A stretch of 64,000 nucleotides of DNA from Octopus vulgaris. Its lineage: Eukaryota. Numbering within the stretch: the stretch's first letter is position 1; each line of letters opens with the position of its first letter. Both the position numbers and the translations under genes were made by a program. This document shows positions 1 to 14,177 of the stretch, piece after piece. The notes beneath the pieces were generated by a model. The model made no database searches. It was given only the letters and a program-made list of their open reading frames with translations, and had not been told where the DNA came from. The stretch lies in NCBI GenBank assembly GCA_951406725.2, contig OX597835.1:37014001-37078000 (forward strand). The letters are read 5' to 3'.

Positions 1-242
1 CTTACAGCCGGATGCCCTTCTTGTTGCCAACCCATATCTGTTTCCAAACAGTATATTTCCCATGGTCAGACTTATAACAACGAGCTTCTATGCAGTTTCC
101 GTCTACCAAATTCAACCCACAAGGCATTGACCGGCCCGGATGAGGCTATAATAGAAGACACTTGCTCAAGGTGTCACTCAGTAGCAAAGAACCAGAAACT
201 AACATGGTTGCAAAGCAGTGAAATCTTACGATACATATATAT

Positions 243-650
243 ATTTCTTTACTGCCCTCAAGGGGCTAAACAAGGATAGACAAACGGATTAAGTCGATTA
301 CATCGCCTCCAGTGCGTAACTGGTACTTTATTTATCGACCCCGACCAGCCAAAGGGATGAAAGGCGAAGTCGATCTTGGCAGAATTTGAACTCTAAACCT
401 AAACAACAGGAAGAAATACCTATTTCTTTACTACCCACAAGGGGCTAAACACAGAGAGGACAAACAAAGACAGACAAAGGGATTAAGTCGATTATATCGA
501 CCCCAGTGCATAACTGGTACTTATTTAATCGACCCCGAAAGGATGAAAGGCAAAGTCGACCTCGGCGGAATTTGAACTCAGAACGTACCGGCAGACGAAA
601 TACGGCTACGCATTTCGCCTGGCGTGCTAACGTTTCTGCCAGCTCGCCGC
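243..650 (-). mobile_element. Two tandem copies of a tRNA-derived SINE (family B)
   Basis: Minus strand reads GGCGAGCTGGCAGAAACGTTAGCAC...GAGTTCAAATTCCGCCGAGGTCGACTTTGCCTTTCATCCTTTCGGGGTCG. Near-identical copies recur at ~8420, ~11560, ~17290 and ~38243. Confidence 0.8.
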
Positions 651-1229
651 ATAACGATACATATATATATATATGTATAATATATCCGGCGAAGAGGTAG
701 GCTCGAAACATCAGACTCTTTCTTTTTTCCGAGCGTCAAGCTAATACATTCCTTGTGCATGTCTTTTTGTTAATTTTATTATTATTATTATTATTATTTA
801 GAATTCACTCTCTCTCTCTCTCTGTGTATACACACACACACACACACACACACACATATTATGCAGATCACTCGCTCGCTTGGTATTTTTCTCCTACCCT
901 AGTTTAGATATTAACACACCCAGGCCAAGTTATTTAATCATTTGTCTCTTTTTTTCTGTTGACGGAAAGCTGTGAAAAAATAATAATAATAATAATAATA
1001 GTAAAGAAAAAAGGCGTGGCCGTTGTAATGGTAGTGATGTGTCCGTGTGCTTGCTTGTGGGAGGGACTGTGTGTATAGTGGAGGATCGTAGTACAAGTTT
1101 TATGAATGACTTGTTTTTGATGTGGTTACAATGTTAGTCTTGTGGTTGCTGTTGCTGGACAATTCCAACACTCTGGATTCCATTGTTACCTGGAATGCTC
1201 GTTCCAGGTCGATTTTTTTTCGAACTTTG

Positions 1230-1848
1230 TGTGTGGCTGTGTGGTAAGAATTTTGTTTCCCCACCACATAGTTCCGGGTTCAGTTCCACTACGTGGCACC
1301 TTAGGCATGCGTCTTCTACTATAGCTTCGAGCTGACCAAAGCCTTGTGGAGTAGATTTGGTAGACGGAAACAGAAAGAAACCCGTCGCATGCGTGTGTGT
1401 ATGTGTTTGTCCGCTCCCCCTTCATCGGCTGACAACCGGTTGAAGTGTTTACGTCCCCGTAAGTTAACGGTTCGACAAAGAAGAAAAACTAGGAGTGGCT
1501 GTGTGGTAAGTAGTTTGCTTACCAACCACATGGTTCCGGGTTCATTCCCACTGCGTGGCACCTTAGGCAAGTAAGTGTCTTCAACTATAGCCTCGGGCCG
1601 ACCAAAGCCTTGTGAGTGGATTTGGTAGACGGAAACTGAAAGAAGCCTGTCGTATATGTGCGTATGTTTGTCCCCTCAACATCGCTTGATAACCGATGCT
1701 GGTGTGTTTACGTCCCCGTAACTTAGCGGTTCGGCTAAAGAGACCGATAAAATAAGTACCAGACTTACAAAGAATAAGAACTGGGGGTCGATTTGCTCGA
1801 TTAAAGGCGGTGCTCCATCATGGCCGCAGTCAAATGCGAGCGTAAAGA

Positions 1849-1850
<2 letters not shown>
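1230..1850 (+). mobile_element. Two adjacent copies of tRNA-derived SINE family A
   Basis: Head GTGGCTGTGTGGTAAG...GGTTCAGTCCCACTGCGTGGCACCTT with A/B-box-like motifs; more than 15 copies in the window. Confidence 0.8.
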
Positions 1851-1896
<46 letters not shown>

Positions 1897-1899
<3 letters not shown>

Positions 1900-2045
1900 C
1901 GTTAGGAAGGGCATCCAGCCGTAGAAACACTGCCAGATCTGACTGGGCCTGATGAAGCCTTCCAGCTTCACAGACCCCAGTTGAACCGTCCAACCCATGC
2001 TAGCATGGAGAACGGACGCTAAATGATGATGATGATGATGATGAT
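1897..2045 (+). mobile_element. SINE 3' part with (GAT)n tail (family D)
   Basis: GGCGTTAGGAAGGGCATCCAG...CCCATGCTAGCATGG...AAATGATGATGATG. Recurs at ~23101, ~24725, ~28350 and ~52985. Confidence 0.7.
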
Positions 2046-2051
2046 ATATAC

Positions 2052-2415
2052 AGGCGCAGAAGTGGCTGTGTGGTAAGTAGCTTGCTTACCAACCACATGG
2101 TTCCAGGTTCAGTCCCACTGCGTGGCACCTTGGGCAAGTGTCTTCTACTATAGCCTCTGGCCGAATAAAGCCTTGTGAGTGGATTTGGTATATATATATA
2201 TATGTGCGTGTATGTTTGTGTGTCTGTGTTTGTCCCCCTAGCATTGCTTGACAACCGATACTGGTGTGTTTATGTCCCCGTCACTTAGCGGTTCGGCAAA
2301 AGAGACCGATAGAATAAGTACTGGGCTTACAAAGAATAAGTCCCGGGGTCGAGTTGCTCGACTAAAGGCAGTGCTCCAGCATGACCTCAGTCAACTGACT
2401 GAAACGAGTAAAAGA

Positions 2416-2417
<2 letters not shown>
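2052..2417 (+). mobile_element. SINE family A copy
   Basis: Runs from the head to the ACTGAAACGAGTAAAAGAG tail, with an internal deletion. Confidence 0.8.
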
Positions 2418-2464
<47 letters not shown>

Positions 2465-2798
2465 CGTGCATATTTTTGTGTCTGTGTTATTCCACCTACC
2501 TCTTGGCAATCTATGTTAGTTTGTCTACGTCGTAACATAGCGGTTTGACAAAAGGGATCGGTGGAATAAGTACAAGGCTTAAAATATAAATACTGTGGGG
2601 GGACAGACACACAAACATACACACAAACATTTATACATACGACGGGCTTCTTTCAGTTTCCGTCTACTAAATCTACTCACAAGGCTTTGCCGAGGCTATA
2701 GTAGGAGACACTTGCCCAAGGTGCCATGCAGTGGGACTGAACCCGGAACCATGTGGTTGGTAAGCAAGCTACTTACCACACAGCCACTCCTGCGCCTA

Positions 2799-2833
<35 letters not shown>

Positions 2834-3114
2834 GCGAGAATGAAGCAACAAGAATGGATAGGTTTTTAGTACAATCGTTTCATACAAGGACAGGTTTTAT
2901 TAAAAGTTGCAAAAATTACAGCATATAAACGTGTCCCGTACTCATCAGCTAAAATACATGTGAGTTCTTTAGACATCAGAGAACTCACATGTATTTTAGC
3001 TGATGAGTACGGGACACGTTTATATGCTGTAATTTTTGCAACTTTTAATAAAACCTGTCCTTGTATGAAACGATTGTACTAAAAACCTATCCATTCTTGT
3101 TGCTTCATTCTCGC
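2834..3114. repeat. Perfect fold-back palindrome, 135-bp arms with 11-nt spacer, inserted in (TA)n
   Basis: 2834-2968 is the reverse complement of 2980-3114. The non-duplicated part continues to ~3233. Confidence 0.9.
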
Positions 3115-3231
3115 TTATAATCACCCCACATTACTGTATTGTTAAATCAGTATAGTTTTTTTTGGTGCATCTAAGTTAGGTACCATATTCAAGTAAATTC
3201 ATTTAAATTAACTTGAATCTTTATTGCTTTT

Positions 3232-3283
<52 letters not shown>

Positions 3284-3969
3284 TATATAAGTACTTGGTT
3301 TACAAAGAATAAGTCCTGGAGTCGATTGCTCGACTAAAGACGGTGCTCCGTCATGGCCGCAGCCAAATGACTGAAACAAGTAAAAGAGCGAGCGTAAAGA
3401 GTATATATATATATATATATATATAGGTTAGATAAAATTTGTTTGTGACATATTTCAACTGCAGTTACCATGGAGACAGTGTGCGGCGCAGCAGAACTGA
3501 ACTCGAAACCTTGAGCTTCTCAACTACACTGGCTTTTACCATTTTATTTTCAACTGGTGCAATTTATTTCATTTTGTCCGACCAACGAAAAACTGTCCTG
3601 GTTCCTCTCCACACACACAAACACAACATCGCTGCCCTGTCCTACAAAAGAATGCTTGGAAAGTTTTAAAACGTTTAATCTGAGACCTTCGCCGGATATT
3701 GTAGACGTATTAAGTTTCTGCTGTCGTCCTCCTATTAACACCCGTATGTATTGCTAGTGACGTATATACCCGGGCTATTTGTACTTTCATCACGTACTTG
3801 TGTGTCAGTATTTACTTGTGGGAAGTGTTGAATACCCTAAACTGGTTACAGCCGACTAAACGCATTCCGGGTGAACATCAACGCGTGTAAGAATATATGT
3901 CCGCTGTTTATATACATGTTATACACCCCACTTCTAAAGCAGATGGATATTGATATAGGTGAGAAAACA

Positions 3970-4035
<66 letters not shown>

Positions 4036-4673
4036 GTCATAATATACGGGTTCAAGTAATCCCAGTAATACAAAAATAAACTCCTTACCAACCACATGGT
4101 TCCAGGTTCAGTCCCACTGCGTGGCATTTTGGGCATGTGTCTTCTACTATAGCCCCGGGTCGACCAATGCCTTGTGAGTGGATTTGGTAGACAGAAACTG
4201 AAAGAAGCCTGTCGTATATATGTATGTGTGTCTGTGTTTGTCCCGCTAGCATTGCTTGACAACCGATGGTGGTGTGTTTACGTCTCCTTCACTTAGCGGT
4301 TCGGCAAAAGAAACCGTCAGAATAAGTACTGGGCTTACAAAGAATAAGTCCTGGGGTCGATTTGCTCGACTAAAGGCGGTGCTCCAGCATGGCCGCAGTC
4401 AAATGACTGAAACAAGTAAAAGAGTAAAGAGTAATGTATCATTCTACAAAACAAAATATATAGTCTGTGCTATGTAGTGGGACTGAACCCAGAACCGTGT
4501 GGTTGGGAACCAAGCTTCTTACCACACATTACACAAATATTCATATACACATGTCGAACTTCTATACAGTTTCTTCACCCTCAAAGTATTGGTCGGCCCT
4601 GAGCTGTAGTAGAAGGCGCTTGCCCAAGTATTTGGCAAAATATAGTTTGATGAAATTTTATGCAGCACGGATT

Positions 4674-4724
4674 TTTGTCAGTGATCAGGTCGCGGTCTTA
4701 AAGCGACGAAAATATTTTGACAAA
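4674..4724 (+). ncRNA. Type-I hammerhead-ribozyme-like motif with G3-C8 core variant
   Basis: TTTGTCA-GTGATCA-G-GTCGC(N9)GCGAC-GAA-AATATT-T-TGACAAA: 7-bp stem I, 5-bp stem II and palindromic stem III. Confidence 0.5.
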
Positions 4725-5020
4725 TTAAACTTAAATGTTAAAGTGTGTTTCTTAAATGGCTTACAAACACCTTCCACGCTGCAATTGAAATTTTATTTAT
4801 TTATTTTTTTTAATGTTACAGAGGTTTAAAGTTTGACTTTTTCTCCAGTCAGGAAACAAGATTTGGAAGCTATCATTTTGTGCGTGACATCACGTATTGT
4901 CAACATTTAAACAAATGAAATATTGGCAGGATTCTGCTTTACGCACGCTATATAACCCCCTCATAGCTTTTTTAGTTTGGGAATTTTCAGAAAATTTTTG
5001 TGCATTGGTATTCTGCATAG

Positions 5021-5426
5021 GGCGCAGGAGTGGCTGTGTGGTAAGTAGCTTGCTTACCAACCACACGGTTCCGGGTTCAGTCCCACTGCGTGGCATCTTG
5101 GGCAAGTGTCTTCTGCTATAGCCTCGGGCCGACCAATGCCTTATGAGTGGATTTGGTAGATGGAAACTGAAAGAAGCCTGTCGTATATATGTATATATAT
5201 ATGCATATGTGTGTGTGTGTGTATGTGTTTGTCCCCCCAACATCGCTTCACAACCGATGCTGGTGTGTTTACGTACCCGTCACTTAGCGGTTCGGCAAAA
5301 GAGACCGATAGAATAAGTACTGGGCTTACAAAGAGTAAGTCCCGGGGTCGATTTGCTCGACTAAAGGCGGTGCTCCAGCATGGCCGCAGTCAAATGACTG
5401 AAACAAGTAAAAGAGTAAAAAGAGTA
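5021..5426 (+). mobile_element. Full-length SINE family A (~400 bp)
   Basis: GGCGCAGGAGTGGCTGTGTGG head, internal (TA/TG)n, tail GACTGAAACAAGTAAAAGAGTAAAAAGAG. Confidence 0.85.
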
Positions 5427-5769
5427 TAGGGGAATTCATACGATTGTGAGAAAGCTTATATCGCATGTATTTTAGGCATTTAATAAGCGACAAAAAGAAC
5501 GCATGGAAAGAACTTGGTATCATCTTGGCTTGTTAGTATGGAAACAGGCACCTATATGTCTAGCTTTCCATTGGATAAATTTACCCAAACTTTGTAGACT
5601 TTAAGAGCTATTAACTCTTTATTGATTTACGGCGAACATGAATTTCATGTCAATGATTACTTTACGAAACTACACAAATACACCAAATATGAAATCAATT
5701 GGAACAAAAATTGAAGAAATTGAAAAATGGCAACCAAACAGACAAGATCCGCTGTTGTTGTGGTTAAGA

Positions 5770-6900
5770 GGCTCCTTTCAGTGTTCCTCGACGAGATCGT
5801 CAATGTCCCTATCAACCTCAAGGCCCATGGACTTGCCAAGAGATAATATCTCCTCGACTACAGATGTCTCAGACTCAAACTCCTAGAGGTCTCTTTCGGA
5901 TACGCAGCCAGGCCACAATTTCCTCCATGTAGAATTCTGCGTTCTCCTCATTACACTCTGTCGGGCTATGTCGATGATTTTCAGGCAGTTAACAATGTTG
6001 TGGTGCTCCTTCCAAAATTCACGAAAGGTTAAATTCATATTTTCTGTGACTTCAAAGCACCGACGAAACAGGTGCTTGGTGTACAATTTTTATCACCTGC
6101 TGGTCTATGGGTTGCAAGATAGGAGTGGTGTTGCGTGAAAGGTGCAGAACTTTTATGAATTTAAATTCGTCCAGAATATCATTTTCGAAATAATTAGAAG
6201 GGTGAGCAGGAGCATTGTCGAGGAGGGCCTTGGAAGGAAGATCTTTTCACTGCTGTTCCGAAAACAAGGTCGACCCACTCAGTAAAGAAATGTCTGGTGA
6301 CCCAGGCTTTAACGTTTGCCCTCCACATGACCTGCAGGCTTTCGGAACAAGGAGCGGCTTAATCCTTCAAGTCTCTACTCGCATTGACACAAAGGACGAG
6401 AGTTAACCTATATTTCACAGGCTTATGGCCTAGCATTTTCTTCTGCAGTTATGTAGCTTCTTTGGGGATTTTTTTTTTTAATAAATAGAGGCCAGTTTCA
6501 TCACATTTGAATACCTGTTGTGCGATGTACCCCTCGGCTGCGATGAGCTGACGGAATTCACGCACGAAATCCCCAGCTGCCTTCGTGTCGGAACTCGCTG
6601 CTTCTCCATACCTGACGATGCTATGAACACCTGTCCTCTTCTTGAAATTATCAAACCAGCTGCGACTGGCCTTAAATACGTCTGCTGAGGTGTCTCCTCT
6701 GTCGATGTTCCAGGGTTCTGCTTCAGAAGATCCACATCCAGCGCTCGTGCTTTCTCGCAGATGATGGGTCTCTGTAATCGTGTCCCCCTGTGAGTTACTT
6801 CACGTTGATCCACAGGAGAAGCAATTTTTCCATCTCTTCGTGGACAGATGTGCGTTACTTAGGGAGCTTGGAGACAACCTTTGCTGTTGTAACTGCCGTT
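5770..6900 (-). pseudogene. Degenerate pogo/Tigger-like (CENP-B/DDE_1) transposase
   Basis: Frame-shifted minus-strand peptides IICEKARAL, WFDNFKKR, QQVFKCDETGL, LLDNAPAHP, TTPILQPIDQQVI, LTFREFWK and WRKLWP. Confidence 0.85.
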
Positions 6901-6964
6901 CAAAAGGAAAAAGATCCACAATTAGACCCAGCTAATTGAAGAAATCCGCTCTTGAGCTATTCAG

Positions 6965-6995
<31 letters not shown>

Positions 6996-6996
<1 letters not shown>

Positions 6997-8260
6997 GAGG
7001 GGCGTTCAATAAGTAATGCCCCTGACCCACTTCCCATAGCAGTAGAGCAACGAAACTTGGCACAGTTATTAGTCTTTTTCTACATAGGAACCACCCAGAG
7101 TTACGCATTTCTCCCATCGTTTGATGCGGCTCTGGAGACCGTTTTTGTAGAAGAACCCAGCTTGGTCCTCCAACCTCAACGTGACTTCAGAAATCAAGGC
7201 TGCATCATCTGGGAAACGCTTTCCTTTCAAAAACAACTTCATGATTGGGAAGAGGTGAAAATCAGAGGGTGCAAGGAGTTCATAGCCATACGCATGTGCT
7301 TCTGATCTGGCGACAAGCGAGTTGTGGACCGGAGCGTTGTCCTGCAGGAGGAGGATGCCTTTGCTGATCTTGCCCCGCCTCTTGATTTTGATAACTTCTC
7401 TTAATTTCCTCAAAAGTGAAGCATAATAGGCTCCTGCAATTGTGGTACCCTTTGCCAGGAAATCTGTCATCACTACTCCGTCCTGGTCCCAGAAGACTGT
7501 GAGCATGACCTTGCCAGCGGAGGGCTGCACCCTTGCCTTCTTTGGAGGGGGTGAGTCACGGTGCTTCCACTGCATTGACTGGGATTTGGTCTCTGGATCA
7601 TCGTGATGGACCCAGGTTTCATCCTGTGTAATCAGTCTTTTGAAAAATTTTGACTCATCTTCTTGGCACATCTCCAAATTCACCCTCGAGCACTGGACGC
7701 GTTCTTGCTTCTGGAAAGGCGTGAGCAACCTGGGAATCCATCTGGCAGACACCTTTTGCATATGCAAATGGTCATGAATGATAGTTTCCACGGACCCGGT
7801 ACTAATCTTGACCTCATGGGCTATTTGGCGAATAATTATGCGTCGATCTTCCAAAATGGCAGCCTCAGCTTGACGGACAGATGCCTCATCAATGGCAGAA
7901 GGGGGCGACCAGATCTGGGAGCTGTTTCCACAGAGTTCCGACCATGTTTGAATTCACGATGCCAGCGTTTTACAAGGTCATATGATGGGGCATCATCACC
8001 ATAAGTTACTTTCATTTCATCAAAAGTCTCCCGTGGTGTGCGTCCTTTCAAATACAAAAACCGGATCACCGCTCGACACTCAACAGGCTCCATTTCACAC
8101 TTGACTCGGTTCAAACACCTGTAAATCAGAAACCACAATTAATTCAGAGCTGTAATTTGCCACTTACTCTATAGAGATATAAATGATTGCACATGCAAAA
8201 TTTCAGCTAGATCAAACAACTGCAAGTGGGTCAGAGGCATTACTTATTGAACGTCCCTCG
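6996..8260 (-). mobile_element. Full-length mariner transposon (irritans-like), TA-flanked, ~37-bp TIRs
   Basis: TIR CGAGGGGCGTTCAATAAGTAATGCCCCTGACCCACTT at both ends with 2 mismatches, embedded in (TA)n; 1265 bp. Confidence 0.92.
7069..8093 (-). pseudogene. Mariner transposase with frameshift (~7900) and deletion of the YSPDL motif
   Basis: MEPVECRAVIRFL...RSGRP then WIPRLL, ITQDETW, LLQDNAP, APSDFHLF. The usual PHPPYSPDL segment is missing before APSD. Confidence 0.9.
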
Positions 8261-9859
8261 TATATATATATATATTATATACACTATTCGGGTAAATCCA
8301 TTCTGCCAACTGAAATACTAGCAGAATCACTGTAAATGTTTCTGCTCTGTAGATTTAAACTATGTTAAATCATTCTGAATGTCCCTTATTTTGAAATTCA
8401 TGAATTCGTCTGATACTGTTATTTATCGACCCCGAAAGGATGAAATGCAAAGTTGACCTCGGCGGAATTTGAACTCAGAACGTAACTACAGACGAAATAC
8501 CTATTTCTTTACTACCTACATGGGGCTAAACACAGAGAGGACAAACGGATTAAGTAACTGGTACTTATTTAATCAACCTCGAAAGGATGGAAGGCAAAGT
8601 CGACCTCGGCGGAATGGACGTCATTGATTGGTTGAAATTGAAGAAAAAAAAACAACAAATATCTTACAAACTATAGAATTTTCTCAATAAAGCCAAGAGA
8701 AAAAGATGTTTTATAAACACATTCTAACAGTATACGAAGTTTAAAAGTGTTTAATTACCTAGAAATTATGTTAAAAACTGCCGTTCAAACCGAAAAGATC
8801 CAAGATGCGAACACACAATTGCCCATTGTGTCGCTCAGTGATACTGAACTGGAACCCACGTGGTTTTTAAACGAGCTTCTTAAACACAGAAGCCGACGGG
8901 CCGTACCTGAGACAGAACACCCGTTCTCAATTTATTTGCAATAAATATACGGAAAACTCTTCCTTCTCTTCGCCATTATTATTATTATTACATATCCCGC
9001 ATTCTATACAGACAATACACAATATGTATGTGACATGCAGACGAGAAAGTGCGCTGCCGACCCACATTACACAGACAGACGAGCAGGCAGCAGCCAGGAA
9101 AGACAAGGCATGGCCTATTTGGTCATTTAAATGGCGGTAGTAATATATACACACACATATATATATATATATGTATGTGTGTGTTTATCACTAAACCGGG
9201 GTGTTGCTGACTGTTTGTAATTATTGAGACTAAACCCACTACCACCCTTCACTTTCTGTCGCTAAGAGATATATGTTATGTGCCGTAGTATATTATAAAA
9301 GCCGTAACAGACTCGGAATAAGTAAAACTGGGTCATCTGTCCCTTGTTAAGTTAAAAAGTTTTTGTGTTTAATAAAGAAGCACTCTGCGGTGACGGAGGA
9401 GGTGTGGAAGGCGGGCTTGGTCACACAGATATGTTCTTTCTTTCTTTCTTTTTCTCTCTTTCTTTCTCTCTCTCTCTTTCTCTAGTAAACCACTCACGCG
9501 CTCGCGCACTCACACATTTAAGCACGTATATTTCATGCATGAAATGTATGTTACGTATGGGTAAACGCTTTCATGCCTTGCTGTGCCATCTGCAGATTTT
9601 CGGAGAAGTTATGTGTGTGTGTGTTTTCCCTTTTATTTGTGTTTCCGTCATTTGACTGCGACCATGCTGGAGCATCATCACCTCAAGGGTGGGGGGTTTA
9701 GTCGAAGAAATCGACCTCCAGGACTTATTCTTTGTAAGCTTAGTACTTATTCCATCGCCGTCTGTTTTCCGAACTACTAAGTTACGGGGACATAAAGACA
9801 CTAACATCGGTTGTCAAACGACGGCGGGAGTACAAACACAGAAACACGCACACAAATGT

Positions 9860-10730
<871 letters not shown>

Positions 10731-10813
10731 AATTGCAGCGTGGAAGATGTTTGTAAGCCATTTAAGAACACTCAAAAACCGTTAATTTCACTTCAACATT
10801 TAAATTTTATTTG

Positions 10814-10860
10814 TGTCAAAATACTTTCATCGCTTTGAAACCGCGACCTGTTCATTGACA
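10814..10860 (-). ncRNA. Degenerate hammerhead motif, same repeat family as 4674-4724
   Basis: TGTCA-ATGAACA-G-GTCGC...GCGAT-GAAAGTATTT-TGACA. The flank GCAGCGTGGAAG is shared with the ~4780 copy. Confidence 0.35.
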
Positions 10861-12079
10861 AAACTTCCTTATGCACGACGAGCTTCTTTCAGTTTCCGCT
10901 TACTAAATCCACTCGCAAAGCTTTGGTCGGCCTGAGGCTATAGCAGAGCACATTTGCCCAAGGTGCCCCGCAGTAGTGTAACTGCCCGGAACCATGTGGG
11001 AAGCAAGCTTCTTACCACCACACCGCTACGCCTTGGCAAAAAAAATTCTGCTTATTTTCATTTCATATTACCTTTTCTATGAATTTTGGACGCTTTCATT
11101 ATTGGATTAAACATACCCTCTGTCTTTCTCTCTCTCTCTGGAATGGGTCTTGGTATTCAGTTTTTCTTTCCTCATGTTCGAAACGTTGGAGCTTTCCCGT
11201 TCCGAACAGACGTACCCAACTTATATAATTTTACCCCAAAATAATATTATAGCTGAGAAGCAACATTTGTGACTCGCGGACGGAGTTTTCGTGCAAAATT
11301 CAGTTTGATTTGTGCATTTTGTACGAAATTTGGTCCTCAAGTCGCTCCTGTAACTTCTCACCTATAATAATTGTTCCAAATTTTGACAGCAATTTTAGGG
11401 GTAGAAGGTAAGTTGATTACATCGAACAACCACCCCTGAACTCCACTTTATCAACTCCGAAAGGACTAAAGCATATATAATAATAATAATTCTTTCTGCA
11501 ATATGCACAAGGTCTGAAATTTTGGGAGATGGAGCTGGTCAGTTGTATTGACTCTAATGTTCGACTGGTTGTTATTTCGGCGATCCCGAAAGGATGAAAG
11601 TTAAAATGGACCCGAACGGAATTTGAACCCAGAACGTAAAGACACATGAAATAGCGCCAAGCATTTTGTTCGGCGTGCTAACGATTCTGCCAGTTCGCCG
11701 CTTAACAACCAAACACGCTCATTTGTAATAAACAGTTCTCTCCTCCCTTTAACACACACACACACGCACCGGTTTGGTATGACAGAAAAAATAGTACTCA
11801 ATACATGACTGTATGTATGTATGTATTCGAAACACGCATTTAGTCGAAACAGGGGCAGCTGATGTAGGGGAATGTTCCTTGTATTGTTTGTCTTGTACTC
11901 TGTTTTTTCGTTGTTAAAAAAAAAAAGTCCGTTTCCTTGTTTGATTTTATGGTTTCGTTTCTCGTTGTCTTCTACGTTTATTTGTGGTGTCCTGTACTCA
12001 TATATGCATGTATATATACATATAGATGTAGGTATGTATGCATATGTTTTATTTTATTAAATTGTTAGTATATATATAT

Positions 12080-12142
<63 letters not shown>

Positions 12143-13302
12143 CATACACACATACAAACCTTAAGCATTGACACAGTTTTAACATAGACAGAATGCCAAA
12201 CATCGTCTCCTTGTTTCCCCTCCTATTTTTCCCCCGGTAGCTTAAATGACATAACCCCCCACTCACTCACTCTCTCTCTTTCTTTCTTTCTCTCTCTCTT
12301 TTTCTTTCTCTCTCTCTCCGCTCTCATTTGTATTTTATCGCCCTCTCACTTTCCCTCCTACCGTTTCCTTCCACTTCTACACTGCTCTCTATCACTCCAC
12401 CCTCTCTCTCTCTTTCTTTCTTTCTTTCTATCTCTCTCTCTCTCAGACCCTTCGCTCATATTTCCCTCCCACCCTCATAACCACATCTCCTCCTCCTCTT
12501 CCTCTCTCTACGGTTCTCCTTCTCTTTCTCACACATGTCTATGTCTTATTACATGAAATTTACCAAAATTCTGTCACTTGGCAATTCCGGTATGGCTTTC
12601 TTTAAACATGTTTTCTGGACTACTTTGAAAGTTTTTTCTCTCTCCCCTTCCATCTATATTTGTCCCCCCGCTTTGTTGATCGTTCTATTGTCTAGATTTT
12701 GTAAGGTAAAGTTCCGTTGAGGATGGAACCTGTCCGGCCTTGCACTCTTAGTCTACAACATATCTTGCTTTTTTTCTGTGATCGACTCCAGTTCTTTGTC
12801 CTAAACTGGGGTTCTATGTTCATTGTCATCATTCCACTTACTGTGTCTGTCTATCTGTTTGTCTTTGTGTGTGTGTGTGTATGCATAGACATATTTATAT
12901 ATATATAAACATGTTTTATTCGAATTGACATTATTATAAGTTTAACCGACGCTAAAAGCACGTCCGATCGCACTTAAAGGACATCATATATACCCACATG
13001 CATATATATATATATATATATAATTAGGGTTCAGCAAAATTAAAAAAAAAAATACTTTACCACACACCGAACTGTTAGAAATAGCAGCCAAAGAATTTAG
13101 CAATTTCCTCTACTATAAGAAGAGTCTCCCAGACAATGTGTGTGTATATATATACATATACACAAATTGAGATAGGGGTTGTAAATGCAACCCTCTATGG
13201 GATAACATATATCCAATATACTGCTAGTGAATTACCCAACAAAGTTAATACATAAATGTTAATGATTGCGATGCAATCAATTCATTTACTGTATTATATG
13301 GG

Positions 13303-13359
<57 letters not shown>

Positions 13360-14046
13360 GCGCGCCCTCATATAAAACACGTTTTGACTGTATTGTTAAT
13401 CTTTCTGTTGTACACTTCGTTCATATTCAAATGCTGTATTTTTTTGTTTCTCGATTTGTAAACACACTAACACACACACATATATATACACATACACGAG
13501 CCGACGAGAGCGCGCCAACTACGACGTTCGAATTGCTAGAAACAACAGCCCAAATCCCTTTCAGCTAACAAGCATACACAAACACACACATCCTCCCTTC
13601 CCCCCTCTACCATCTTCAAACCGGAATAATAAGGATAACGACCCCTATAGATACCCACTAAAGACAAAACACGAATGATCAACCATTCTACTGGAATGCC
13701 TTCGGCTATAGATTTCCACAATCGGAATTGGCCTTGGGCTTAAACACAGATAACATATTTAGACATATTGTTTATAGATGGTTCGGCTCGGTTTGGTCTG
13801 GAAGAAGGGATCTTCGGCGTCCTTGACCTTCGCAGCCCCCTTTTTAAAGCCGGCGCGACAGACACGGTGTAATACTCCAAATCAGTTGTATTGGGGATTT
13901 GGTTGCAGAAAAAAAGGTGTGCACGAAACGGTTCTTGCAGCCTGACCTTCTTGGGGAGAAAGAACCAGAATAATAATGTATCTGTATATCTATCTGTATA
14001 TTTATGTTTCTGTGTATATTTGTTTTTGTATGTATTTATGTATGTA

Positions 14047-14089
<43 letters not shown>

Positions 14090-14140
14090 GGTAAGATAAC
14101 AAAAGAATGAAAGAGACCTCAATATATTGTAAATAGAGGA

Positions 14141-14177
<37 letters not shown>

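Noticed and set aside
2995-3030. CTGATGAG..GACACGT as a hammerhead
   Set aside because: GAAA is replaced by GACA, and neither stem II nor a contiguous stem I can be drawn.
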